The notes beneath the pieces are model-generated. The model was not told the DNA's origin, searched no databases, and was given only the letters and a program-made list of their open reading frames with translations. The position numbers and the translations under genes are program-made. Below are positions 19,627-28,194 of a DNA stretch of 32,000 nt, piece after piece (position 1 is the first letter of the stretch; every line of letters begins with the position of its first letter). Origin of the DNA: Buchnera aphidicola (Therioaphis trifolii) (GTDB lineage: Bacteria; Pseudomonadota; Gammaproteobacteria; Enterobacterales; Enterobacteriaceae); assembly GCF_005080705.1 (NCBI RefSeq), contig NZ_CP032996.1:90001-122000 (forward strand), read 5' to 3'.

Positions 19627-19715
19627 ATTTTTTGTATAATAAACAATAAGTATTTTGAATTATTTAAAATAAAATTAATTTTTAAAAAATAAATAATTGA
19701 ATGAAAAAATTTTAT

Positions 19716-20213
19716 TTATAAAATAGTATTAATTGTTGAAAATTTATATTTTTTATGATTAATTTTAAAATTAAGTAATATAAATATTATTCCAAATAAA
19801 ATAATTAAATCTGCAAAATTAAAAATAATAATATGATAATTATTTAAATTAATATCTATAAAATCAATAATATATTTATGATATAATCTATCAAATATAT
19901 TACTAATAGTTCCTCCTAGTATTAATTTATAACCTAAAGAATTATTATAAATAATTTGTATTATAAAATATAATATTAATATTATATTTAAAATTAAAAA
20001 TAAATATTTATAATTTTTATATTGTATATTAAATATATTAAATATTAAACCATAATTTCTTATATAAAAAATATTTATAATAAAAAATATTTTTTTATAT
20101 TGATATAATTTAAAATATTTTATAATAAAAAATTTACTTAAAGTATCTATAGTAAATATTATTAATATAATATAAAATTTTTTATAAAAATATACGATTT
20201 TCCCCATTTTCAT
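19716..20213 (-). CDS. lspA: Lipoprotein signal peptidase (signal peptidase II)
   Basis: 165 aa (E. coli 164) and multi-pass hydrophobic. Contains D..SK, NYG, and the catalytic Asp motifs N.FDR and FNFADL. Its 5' end overlaps the ileS 3' end by 32 nt (26 nt if the second ATG at 20207 is used). Confidence 0.88.
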   Translation of the reverse strand: MKMGKIVYFYKKFYIILIIFTIDTLSKFFIIKYFKLYQYKKIFFIINIFYIRNYGLIFNIFNIQYKNYKYLFLILNIILILYFIIQIIYNNSLGYKLILGGTISNIFDRLYHKYIIDFIDINLNNYHIIIFNFADLIILFGIIFILLNFKINHKKYKFSTINTIL

Positions 20214-22983
20214 GATTATTTTTATTACATCGATTACATATATTTTTATCTTGATTAATAATTTTTATTTTATTAAAATAATGCCAACATCTTGGACATT
20301 TAATACCTAAATATTTTTTTATTAATATTTTTAATCCAGGAATAATACTATTATGAGTATTTTTTAAAGCGTATTTATATTTTTTAATTTTTGTTTGAGA
20401 AACTAATAACATAAATTTTAATTCTTTTTTTAATTTTATTAATAAATGATATATATTATCTTTTGCATAAAAAATAATTTTTGTTTCTAAAGATGTATTT
20501 ATTTTTTTTATTTTTTTTTCTTTTTCAATTAATTTATTTATTTCATATTTTATATTATTTAATGTATTCCAATCTTTTTTTTGAATAATTTCAGTTTTTA
20601 AATAATTAAATTTTAATTTAAACCAATTTTTTATAAAAATTGATTGATTATGATTTTTTTTTGGTATATATTGCCAAATTTCATGTGCTGTAAATGGTAA
20701 AATTGGAGTAATCCATCTTACTAATGAATGTATAATATAATACATTACAGTTTGACAACTTCTTCTTGCAATGCTATTTTTTTGTGTTGTATATTGTCTA
20801 TCTTTTATAATATCTAAGTAAAATGAGCCTAATTTTATTGAACAAAATTTAATAATTTTTTTTATTATTTCATGAAATTTATATTCTTCATATAAATGAA
20901 TAATTTTATTTTGTAAATTTTTGATATTTTCAATCATCCATTTATCTAAAAGGATCATATTATTAAAATTAATTTTATGAATTTTAGGATTAAAATCATA
21001 AAGATTACTTAATAAAAATCTACTAGTATTTCTAATTCTACGATAGTGTTCTGTAATTTGTTTAAATGTATCTTTTGATATTATAACATCATTAGAATAA
21101 TTAGTTGATGCAACCCATAATCGTAAAATATCAGCTCCAAATATTTTAATAATTTCATTTGGTGTAATTATATTACCAATAGATTTAGACATTTTTTTTC
21201 CTGTTTGATCTATTGCAAATCCATGGGTTAATATTTCTTGATATGGTGCTGATTGATTTACAATCATTGAAATAATTAAAGATGACATGAACCATCCCCG
21301 ATATTGATCGGTACCTTCTAAATACATGTTAATATATTGATTATTTTTATTTTTATCATATATATTTAATTCATTTATACATCCAGATTCAAACCATACA
21401 TCTAATATATCTTTGGATTTTTTATATTCTTTATAATTTTTTCCTAAAATATTTTTTTTATCTATTTTCCACCATATTTCTGATCCTGATTTTTTGATCA
21501 TATTATTTATTTTTTTTATTATTTCAATAGTTTTAGGATGTAATTCTCCTGTTTTTTTATGAGTAAATAATATTATTGGTATTCCCCATGTTCTTTGTCT
21601 TGAAATACACCAGTCAGGTCTATTTTTTAACATGGTATACATTTTTTTATATCCCCACTGAGGTATCCAATTTATTTCTTTAATTTTATGAATTATTTTT
21701 TTTTTTAATTTTTCATCTATTTTAATAAACCATTGTTTTGTAACTCGATATATAATTGGTGTTTTATGTCTCCAACAATGAGGATAAGAATGTTGAATAA
21801 TATCACTATATAATAATTTTTTATTATTTTTAATTATTTTAATAATATTTTTATTACATTGAAAAATATTTTTATTATTTAGTTCATTATGTATATTATT
21901 TTTATAATATCCTTTTGAATCAATAATATTAGTTAATTTAATTTTATATTTTTTACTAATTAAATAATCGTCTTCTCCATGATCTGGTGCAATATGTACA
22001 GCTCCTGTTCCCATATCTAAATTTACATGTTTAGATAATATAATTGGTATTTGAAAATTTAAAAATGGATGTATAAATTTTAAATTTTCTAATTTTTTTC
22101 CAATAATTGTTTGAATAATATTCCATGTTTTAATTTGTATTTTATTCATAATACTTTTAACTAATTTTTTTGCTATAATAATATAATTTTTTTCATATTC
22201 AATTAATTGATATTTTATATTAGGATTTACTGCAATTGCACGATTGGCTGGTAAACTCCATGGTGTTGTTGTCCAAATAATGATATGAATTTTTGACGTT
22301 ACATTAAATATTGGAAATATTTTTTTTAAATTTTCTGTTTGTATAGCTTGAAACATTACAATAATGGAATTTGTATTTTCATCTTGATAATCTACTTCTG
22401 CTTCTGCTAAAGCCGATTGACATTTCATACACCAATGTACAGGTTTTAATCCTTTATATAAATATTTTTTTTTAATTATTTTTTTTAATACATTTAATAC
22501 ATTAAATTCTAATTTTTTATCTATAGTTAATTGAGAATTTTTCCAATCAGCAAATATACCTAATCTAATAAAATCATTTTTCTGTTTTTTTACTTGTTCT
22601 ATTACATATTTTTTACATTTTTTTCGAAATTTTTCTTTATTAATAATAATATTTTTATTTTTTTTTTCAATTTGATGTTCAATGGGTAATCCATGACAAT
22701 CCCAGAAAGGAATATATGGAACATTAAATCCAGATAATGTTTTTGATTTTATAATTATATCTTTTAAAATTTTATTCATGGCATGACCAATATGGATATT
22801 TCCATTAGCATATGGTGGCCCATCATGTATTAAAAATTTTTTTTTTCCTTTTTTTTCTTGAATAATTTTATATATATTTTTTTTATCCCAATATTTTAAA
22901 ATTTCTGGTTCTTTTTGAGATAAATTTCCCTTCATAGGAAATTGTGTTTTTGGTAAATTTAAAGTTTGTTTATATGATTTCAT
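20182..22983 (-). CDS. ileS: Isoleucine--tRNA ligase
   Basis: 933 aa with HIGH (NGNIHIGHA), KMSKS and the CP1 editing motifs WTTTPWSLPAN and GTGAVHIAPDHGEDDY. The C-terminal Zn motif is CPRCWHY...CNRC. Confidence 0.97.
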   Translation of the reverse strand: MKSYKQTLNLPKTQFPMKGNLSQKEPEILKYWDKKNIYKIIQEKKGKKKFLIHDGPPYANGNIHIGHAMNKILKDIIIKSKTLSGFNVPYIPFWDCHGLPIEHQIEKKNKNIIINKEKFRKKCKKYVIEQVKKQKNDFIRLGIFADWKNSQLTIDKKLEFNVLNVLKKIIKKKYLYKGLKPVHWCMKCQSALAEAEVDYQDENTNSIIVMFQAIQTENLKKIFPIFNVTSKIHIIIWTTTPWSLPANRAIAVNPNIKYQLIEYEKNYIIIAKKLVKSIMNKIQIKTWNIIQTIIGKKLENLKFIHPFLNFQIPIILSKHVNLDMGTGAVHIAPDHGEDDYLISKKYKIKLTNIIDSKGYYKNNIHNELNNKNIFQCNKNIIKIIKNNKKLLYSDIIQHSYPHCWRHKTPIIYRVTKQWFIKIDEKLKKKIIHKIKEINWIPQWGYKKMYTMLKNRPDWCISRQRTWGIPIILFTHKKTGELHPKTIEIIKKINNMIKKSGSEIWWKIDKKNILGKNYKEYKKSKDILDVWFESGCINELNIYDKNKNNQYINMYLEGTDQYRGWFMSSLIISMIVNQSAPYQEILTHGFAIDQTGKKMSKSIGNIITPNEIIKIFGADILRLWVASTNYSNDVIISKDTFKQITEHYRRIRNTSRFLLSNLYDFNPKIHKINFNNMILLDKWMIENIKNLQNKIIHLYEEYKFHEIIKKIIKFCSIKLGSFYLDIIKDRQYTTQKNSIARRSCQTVMYYIIHSLVRWITPILPFTAHEIWQYIPKKNHNQSIFIKNWFKLKFNYLKTEIIQKKDWNTLNNIKYEINKLIEKEKKIKKINTSLETKIIFYAKDNIYHLLIKLKKELKFMLLVSQTKIKKYKYALKNTHNSIIPGLKILIKKYLGIKCPRCWHYFNKIKIINQDKNICNRCNKNNHENGENRIFL

Positions 22984-23162
22984 TTGATTCCAATGTTTTT
23001 TAAATTTAAATATTTATAATTTAAAATATTATATTATATTTATTATATTTTTTTTGATATAATAAAATATTTTATTATAATAATTTAATTTATTAATTTT
23101 TTTAAATATTATTAAATAATATTTTTTATATTTTTAATATATAAATTATAGGAGTTTTTTAA

Positions 23163-23426
23163 TTGTCAAATATTAAATCTTCTAAAAAATATGCTATTAA
23201 ATCACAAAAATTAAAAAAAATTAATTCTAGTAGAAGAACTATTCTTCGTAGATTAATGAAAAAAATTTCTATAGCTATTAATGAGAAAAATAAAATATTA
23301 GTAAAGAATATTTGGTTAAAATTACAATCTAATTTAGATAAATTTGCTCAAAAAGGTTTAATACATAAAAATACAGCTGCTAGATATAAATCTAAATTTT
23401 ATTTAAAAATAAAAAATTTAGATTAA
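23163..23426 (+). CDS. rpsT: 30S ribosomal protein S20, TTG start
   Basis: 87 aa, the same length as E. coli S20. It reads (M)SNIKSSKKYAIKSQK...NSSRR...KGLIHKNTAARYKSK against ANIKSAKKRAIQSEK...NASRR...KGLIHKNKAARHKAN in E. coli. GGAG at 23152-23155; TTG start as in E. coli rpsT. Confidence 0.93.
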   Translation: MSNIKSSKKYAIKSQKLKKINSSRRTILRRLMKKISIAINEKNKILVKNIWLKLQSNLDKFAQKGLIHKNTAARYKSKFYLKIKNLD

Positions 23427-23468
23427 TTTTATTATTAATATATAATATAAATAATATTTTATTATAAA

Positions 23469-23506
23469 AATATTGCTTCATTTTTTATTTTAAATGAAGC
23501 AATATT
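23469..23506. terminator. Perfect 15-bp inverted repeat between convergent rpsT and dnaJ (terminator, best fit to the dnaJ strand)
   Basis: AATATTGCTTCATTT (23469-23483) / AAATGAAGCAATATT (23492-23506) with an 8-nt loop TTTATTTT. On the minus-strand RNA the stem runs into UUUUUAUAAU. On the plus strand it is followed by AUAAAAAUUU, which is weaker. It starts 9 nt beyond the dnaJ stop. Confidence 0.7.
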
Positions 23507-23514
23507 ATAAAAAT

Positions 23515-24657
23515 TTATTTTGTCAAATCATCAAAAAATTTTTTCACTCCTTCAAAAAATTTTTTTGATTTTGGATTACTTTTTTCTATATTTTTTTCAC
23601 TTAAACTATTTTGTAATTCTTTTAATAATTTTTTTTGATAATTATTTAAATTAACTGGAGTTTCTATCATAACTCTACATAATAAATCCCCGGTTTGATA
23701 AGTTCTAATAGAATTAACACCTTTATTTTTAATTCGAAATAATTTTCCTGATTGTGTTTCAGGAGGAATTTTTAATTTTATTTTACCATCTAAAGTTGGT
23801 ACGTTAATATCTCCACCTAGTGTTGCTATACAGAAATTGATAGGAATTTCACAATATAAATCATTTTTTTTTCTTTGAAAAATAGGGTGTTTTTTAACAA
23901 AAATCTTAATATATAAATCTCCTGAAGGAGCATTATTTTCTCCAGCTTCACCTTCATTATTTAATTTAATTTTATCATTACTATCAATTCCTGCTGGAAT
24001 TTTTATTAATATTTTTTTTTGTTTTTTTATTCTTCCAGTACTTTTACAATGTAAGCATGGATTTGCAATAATTTCACCTTTTCCATAACAATGAGAACAT
24101 GTTTGTTGTACGGAAAAAAAACCTTGTCTAATATGTATTTGACCACTTCCTTTACAATTATGACATTTTTGTGGTTTTTCTCCAGAATTGGAACCGCTGC
24201 CATAACAAAAATTACATTTTTGTAATTTTGAAATTAATATTTCTTTATTTATTCCTCGAACAGCCTCTTCAAGTGTTAATTCTAAATTATATTGTAAGTC
24301 TGATCCTCTTTGATTTTGACGTTTTTTATTATTTCCAAAAATATCTCCAAATACATCTCCAAATATATCACTAAAATCTGCACTATTAGAAAAATTTGTA
24401 TCAAAAGAAGAATAATTAGAATATCCTCCTTGTTCAAATGCAGCATTTCCATATTGATCATATGCTGCTCTTTTTTGAGGGTCTATTAATATATCATATG
24501 CTTCTTTAATTTCTTTAAATTTTTTTTCTGCATTTTTATTACCCTGATTTCGATCAGGATGATATTTCATTGCTAATTTTTTATATGATTTTTTTATTTC
24601 TCGATCATTCGCTGATTTTGTAATTCCTAAAATTGTATAATAATTTTTTTTTATCAT
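23515..24657 (-). CDS. dnaJ: Molecular chaperone DnaJ (Hsp40)
   Basis: 380 aa. J-domain (YY.ILG......[17 protein letters not shown]), the [15 protein letters not shown] block identical to E. coli, four CxxCxGxG zinc-finger repeats, and the C-terminal [16 protein letters not shown]. Confidence 0.97.
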   Translation of the reverse strand: MIKKNYYTILGITKSANDREIKKSYKKLAMKYHPDRNQGNKNAEKKFKEIKEAYDILIDPQKRAAYDQYGNAAFEQGGYSNYSSFDTNFSNSADFSDIFGDVFGDIFGNNKKRQNQRGSDLQYNLELTLEEAVRGINKEILISKLQKCNFCYGSGSNSGEKPQKCHNCKGSGQIHIRQGFFSVQQTCSHCYGKGEIIANPCLHCKSTGRIKKQKKILIKIPAGIDSNDKIKLNNEGEAGENNAPSGDLYIKIFVKKHPIFQRKKNDLYCEIPINFCIATLGGDINVPTLDGKIKLKIPPETQSGKLFRIKNKGVNSIRTYQTGDLLCRVMIETPVNLNNYQKKLLKELQNSLSEKNIEKSNPKSKKFFEGVKKFFDDLTK

Positions 24658-24687
24658 TCTATTGTTCCTAAATATTACTAGGATTTA

Positions 24688-24719
24688 ACGGACGTAAGAT
24701 ATTATTTTTATACGCCCGT
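24688..24719 (-). promoter_or_regulatory. RNA stem-loop in the dnaK-dnaJ intercistronic spacer
   Basis: On the minus-strand RNA, ACGGGCGUA / UACGUCCGU forms a 9-bp stem containing one G.U. The same position is an A.C mismatch on the + strand. The loop is 14 nt and AT-only, and no U-tract follows. It is the G/C island of a 95-nt spacer and ends about 30 nt upstream of the dnaJ start. Confidence 0.55.
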
Positions 24720-24752
24720 GTTTATAATATAATTAAAAATTTATTATTTTAT

Positions 24753-26666
24753 TTATTTTTTTGGTTCTTTAACTTCTTCATATTCTGCATCAACTACATT
24801 ATCTTCTTTTTTTTCAGATGTTGTATTTTTATTTACATCTTTTTGTTGTGCGTTTTTTTGTGATAATTCTATTAATTTTGAAGATGTTTTTATTAATTCT
24901 TGTATTTTATTTTCTATATCAGGTTTATTATCTGTTTTTAAAGCATTTTCTAATTCATTAATTTTTGAATTTATTGTTTTATATTCTTCAGAGCTTAATT
25001 GATTTTTTACTTCTTCTAATTGTTTTTTTGTGCTATGTGTAATTTGATCACCTTGATTTTTAATTTTAATTAATTCTTCAAATTGTCGATCAGATTCAGA
25101 ATTAATTTCCGCATCTGATATCATTTTTTTAATTTCTTCTTCATTTAATCCAGAAGATGCTTGAATAGTAATTTTTTGTTCTTTACCTGTTTTTTTATCT
25201 TTTGCAGATACATGTAATATACCATTAGCATCAATATCAAATGTTACTTCAATTTGAGGTATTCCTCGTGGAGCTGGTTGAATTCCATCTAAATTAAATT
25301 GACCTAGAGATTTATTATCAGTAGCTTTTTTTCTTTCTCCTTGTAATATATGTATAGTAACTGCTGATTGATTATCTTCTGCTGTTGAAAATACTTGACT
25401 ATGTTTAGTTGGAATAGTAGTATTCTTTTTAATTAAAGAAGTCATAATTCCACCCATAGTTTCAATTCCTAATGATAATGGGGTAACATCTAATAATAAT
25501 ACATCTTTTACATCACCAGAAAGTACTCCACCCTGTACTGCAGCTCCTACAGCTACTGCTTCATCTGGATTTACATCTTTTCTTGGTTTTTTTCCAAAAA
25601 ATTTAGCAACTTTCTCTTGTACTAAAGGCATTCGAGTTTGTCCACCAACTAATATTACATCATTAATATCTGATATAGATAATTTAGCATCTTGTAATGC
25701 AATTTGTACTGGTGTAATAGATTTTGTAATTAAATCTTCAACTAATGATTCTAATTTTGATCTAGTAATTTTAATATTTAAATGTTTTGGTCCATTAGCA
25801 TCTGCTGTAATATAAGGTAAATTAACATCACTTTGTTGTGCAGATGATAATTCAATTTTTGTTTTTTCTGCAGCTTCTTTTAATCGTTGCATAGCAAGAG
25901 GATCATTTCTTAAATCTATACCTTGTTCTTTTTTAAATTCTTGAACTAAATAATTAATTAATCTATTATCAAAATCTTCACCTCCTAAATGAGTATCTCC
26001 ATTAGTTGCAAGTACTTCAAAAGTTTTTTCTTTATCTACATTATCTATTTCAATAATTGAAATATCAAATGTTCCTCCACCTAAATCATATACAGCAACA
26101 ATTTTATTTCCTTCACTTTTATCTAAACCATATGCTAAAGCTGCAGCAGTTGGTTCATTAATAATTCTTTTTACTTCTAATCCTGCAATTTTTCCTGCAT
26201 CTTTTGTAGCTTGTCTTTGTGCATCATTAAAATATGCTGGAACAGTAATTACTGCTTCTGTAATTCGTTCTCCTAAATAATTTTCTGCTGTTTTTTTCAT
26301 TTTTTTAAGAACTTCAGCAGATACTTGAGGAGGTGCCATATGTTTGCCTTTAATATTAATCCATGCATCACCATTTTCAGAATTTATTATTTCATATGGC
26401 ATAATTTTAATATCTTTTTGTACTTCTTCATCTTGAAATTTTCTACCAATTAATCTTTTAATTGCAAATAATGTATTTTTTGGATTAGTAATAGCTTGAC
26501 GTTTTGCTGGTTGTCCTACTAATATTTCTCCATCTTTAGTATATGCAATTATAGATGGTGTTGTTCGATCTCCTTCTGCATTTTCTAAAACTTTAGCTTG
26601 TTTTCCATCAATGATTGCAATACAAGAATTTGTAGTTCCTAAATCTATTCCTATAATTTTTCCCAT
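24753..26666 (-). CDS. dnaK: Molecular chaperone DnaK (Hsp70)
   Basis: 637 aa (E. coli 638), starting [18 protein letters not shown]. Also contains [21 protein letters not shown] and other highly conserved blocks throughout. Confidence 0.98.
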   Translation of the reverse strand: MGKIIGIDLGTTNSCIAIIDGKQAKVLENAEGDRTTPSIIAYTKDGEILVGQPAKRQAITNPKNTLFAIKRLIGRKFQDEEVQKDIKIMPYEIINSENGDAWINIKGKHMAPPQVSAEVLKKMKKTAENYLGERITEAVITVPAYFNDAQRQATKDAGKIAGLEVKRIINEPTAAALAYGLDKSEGNKIVAVYDLGGGTFDISIIEIDNVDKEKTFEVLATNGDTHLGGEDFDNRLINYLVQEFKKEQGIDLRNDPLAMQRLKEAAEKTKIELSSAQQSDVNLPYITADANGPKHLNIKITRSKLESLVEDLITKSITPVQIALQDAKLSISDINDVILVGGQTRMPLVQEKVAKFFGKKPRKDVNPDEAVAVGAAVQGGVLSGDVKDVLLLDVTPLSLGIETMGGIMTSLIKKNTTIPTKHSQVFSTAEDNQSAVTIHILQGERKKATDNKSLGQFNLDGIQPAPRGIPQIEVTFDIDANGILHVSAKDKKTGKEQKITIQASSGLNEEEIKKMISDAEINSESDRQFEELIKIKNQGDQITHSTKKQLEEVKNQLSSEEYKTINSKINELENALKTDNKPDIENKIQELIKTSSKLIELSQKNAQQKDVNKNTTSEKKEDNVVDAEYEEVKEPKK

Positions 26667-26792
26667 TATGTTATTTTCCTATTTTATTATTTTTTAATTT
26701 TATTCATTAAATTATTTATAATGTTAAATTATAAAAGTATTTTTTTTAAAATTTTATTAATAAAAATAAATTTAAAGTTTATATATAATAAA

Positions 26793-26818
26793 ATATGGTC
26801 TTTTTATATTGCATCAAG
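26793..26818 (-). promoter_or_regulatory. Candidate sigma-32 (RpoH) heat-shock promoter of dnaKJ
   Basis: The minus strand reads CTTGATG-CAATATAAAAAGA-CCATATTT. My recollection of E. coli dnaK P1 is CTTGATG-ACGTGGTTTACGA-CCCCATTTA. The -35 heptamer is identical, the spacing is identical, and the -10 matches at 6 of 9 positions. It is the only G/C-containing patch in the 317-nt dnaK-nuoA spacer, about 125 nt upstream of the dnaK ATG. Confidence 0.55.
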
Positions 26819-26983
26819 TATTTTTTTAAATTTTTTTATTATTTTAATATAAAAATAAATTATAACATAATATATATTATAAATTTTAATAATTTATTTT
26901 TATTTTTATTATTACATATAATATACTAATTTTAAAAATTATTATATTATAATATAACATTAATTATAATAAGGAAATTAAAT

Positions 26984-27364
26984 TTGTATTTTGAAATTTA
27001 TTATTTTTTATTTTTTATTTTATGTTCTTTTTTAGTATGTGGATTTATGTTACTTGGAGGTTGGTTATTAGGACCACGTACTATTTCTAGAAATAAAAAT
27101 ATTCCATTTGAATCAGGTATTATTTCTTATGGTAATACAAATTTACGATTTTCAATTAAATTTTATTTATTAGCTGTTTTATTTGTAATTTTTGATATTG
27201 AATCATTATATTTATATACTTGGGTTATTAATATTAAAAAGATTGGGTGGTTAGGTTTTTTTGAAATATTACTTTTTATTTTTATATTATTATTGACTTT
27301 AATATATCTTGTAAAACAAAAAATATTTAATTGGATTCCCAAAAAATCAATTAATAATTTATAA
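26984..27364 (+). CDS. nuoA: NADH-quinone oxidoreductase subunit A
   Basis: 126 aa. Contains GGWLLG.R......KN.PFESGI, LRFS.KFYL.A..FVIFD.E.LYLY.W and GW.GF.E as in E. coli NuoA. TTG start 26984 with AAGGA 8 nt upstream; the next Met is inside TM1. Confidence 0.93.
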   Translation: MYFEIYYFLFFILCSFLVCGFMLLGGWLLGPRTISRNKNIPFESGIISYGNTNLRFSIKFYLLAVLFVIFDIESLYLYTWVINIKKIGWLGFFEILLFIFILLLTLIYLVKQKIFNWIPKKSINNL

Positions 27365-27409
27365 TTTAAATATTTTAATTATAACATTTAATAAATATTG
27401 GACAATATA

Positions 27410-28081
27410 ATGAAATATACTTTAACAAAAGTTAATCTTAATAGTACAGATAAATATCCTCTTCAAGATAAGATAATAGTTGATGATCCAATAAAATCAA
27501 AAATTAAAAATAATATATTTACTGGAAAATTAACACAATTAATACATAAAATAGTAAATTGGAGTCGAAAAAATTCTTTATGGCCTTATAATTTTGGTTT
27601 ATCTTGTTGTTATGTAGAAATGGTAACATCTTTTACTTCTGTTCATGATATTTCTAGATTTGGTGCAGAAGTACTTCGAGCTTCTCCTAGACAATCAGAT
27701 GTTATGGTTATTTCTGGAACACCTTTTATTAAGATGGTTCCAGTAATACAACGATTATATGATCAAATGTTAGAACCAAAATGGGTTATTTCAATGGGTT
27801 CTTGTGCTAATTCAGGAGGTATGTATGATATTTATTCTGTCGTACAAGGAGTTGATAAATTTTTACCTGTTGATGTATATATTCCTGGATGTCCCCCAAG
27901 ACCAGAAGCATATATACAAGGTTTAATGTTATTACAAGATTCAATTGATAAAGAACGTCGACCATTATCCTGGGTTGTTGGAGATCAGGGTGTTTACAAA
28001 GCTAATATGGAATCACAAAGAAAGAAAAAATATTCTGATAGATTACAAGTATATGAATTACGAATGCCAAATGATATTTAA
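27410..28081 (+). CDS. nuoB: NADH-quinone oxidoreductase subunit B
   Basis: MKYTLTK... aligns with E. coli MDYTLTR..., so I prefer ATG 27410 over the ORF-track TTG 27398. Long near-identical blocks include [93 protein letters not shown] and [14 protein letters not shown]. The cluster N2 cysteines are present. Confidence 0.96.
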   Translation: MKYTLTKVNLNSTDKYPLQDKIIVDDPIKSKIKNNIFTGKLTQLIHKIVNWSRKNSLWPYNFGLSCCYVEMVTSFTSVHDISRFGAEVLRASPRQSDVMVISGTPFIKMVPVIQRLYDQMLEPKWVISMGSCANSGGMYDIYSVVQGVDKFLPVDVYIPGCPPRPEAYIQGLMLLQDSIDKERRPLSWVVGDQGVYKANMESQRKKKYSDRLQVYELRMPNDI

Positions 28082-28194
28082 TATTAATCTTTATTTATAA
28101 TAAATATTTATTAATTAAATAATTTTTTATTAATTTTTAATTTTTATATTATATATTTTATATTTTTATTGTTTATTATTGAGTTATTTTGATT

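Noticed and set aside
24171-24374. 67-aa ORF on the plus strand (ORF track)
   Set aside because: It is antisense within dnaJ (zinc-finger and G/F region). It has no homology and is a composition artefact.
26721-26852. 43-codon hydrophobic ORF (MLNYKSIFFKILLIKINLKF...) on the plus strand in the dnaK-nuoA spacer
   Set aside because: It has no Shine-Dalgarno, overlaps the dnaK 5' UTR and promoter on the other strand, and has a composition typical of translated AT-rich noise.
26942-26957. Perfect 16-nt palindrome TTATATTATAATATAA about 30 nt upstream of nuoA (possible operator)
   Set aside because: It consists only of A/T. Palindromes of this kind arise readily by chance in AT-only spacers, and no known regulator motif matches it. 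It is not distinguishable from background without comparative data.
27398-27409. TTG 27398 as the nuoB start (ORF track)
   Set aside because: ATG 27410 gives MKYTLTK, which aligns residue-for-residue with the E. coli NuoB N-terminus MDYTLTR. The extra 4 codons have no counterpart.
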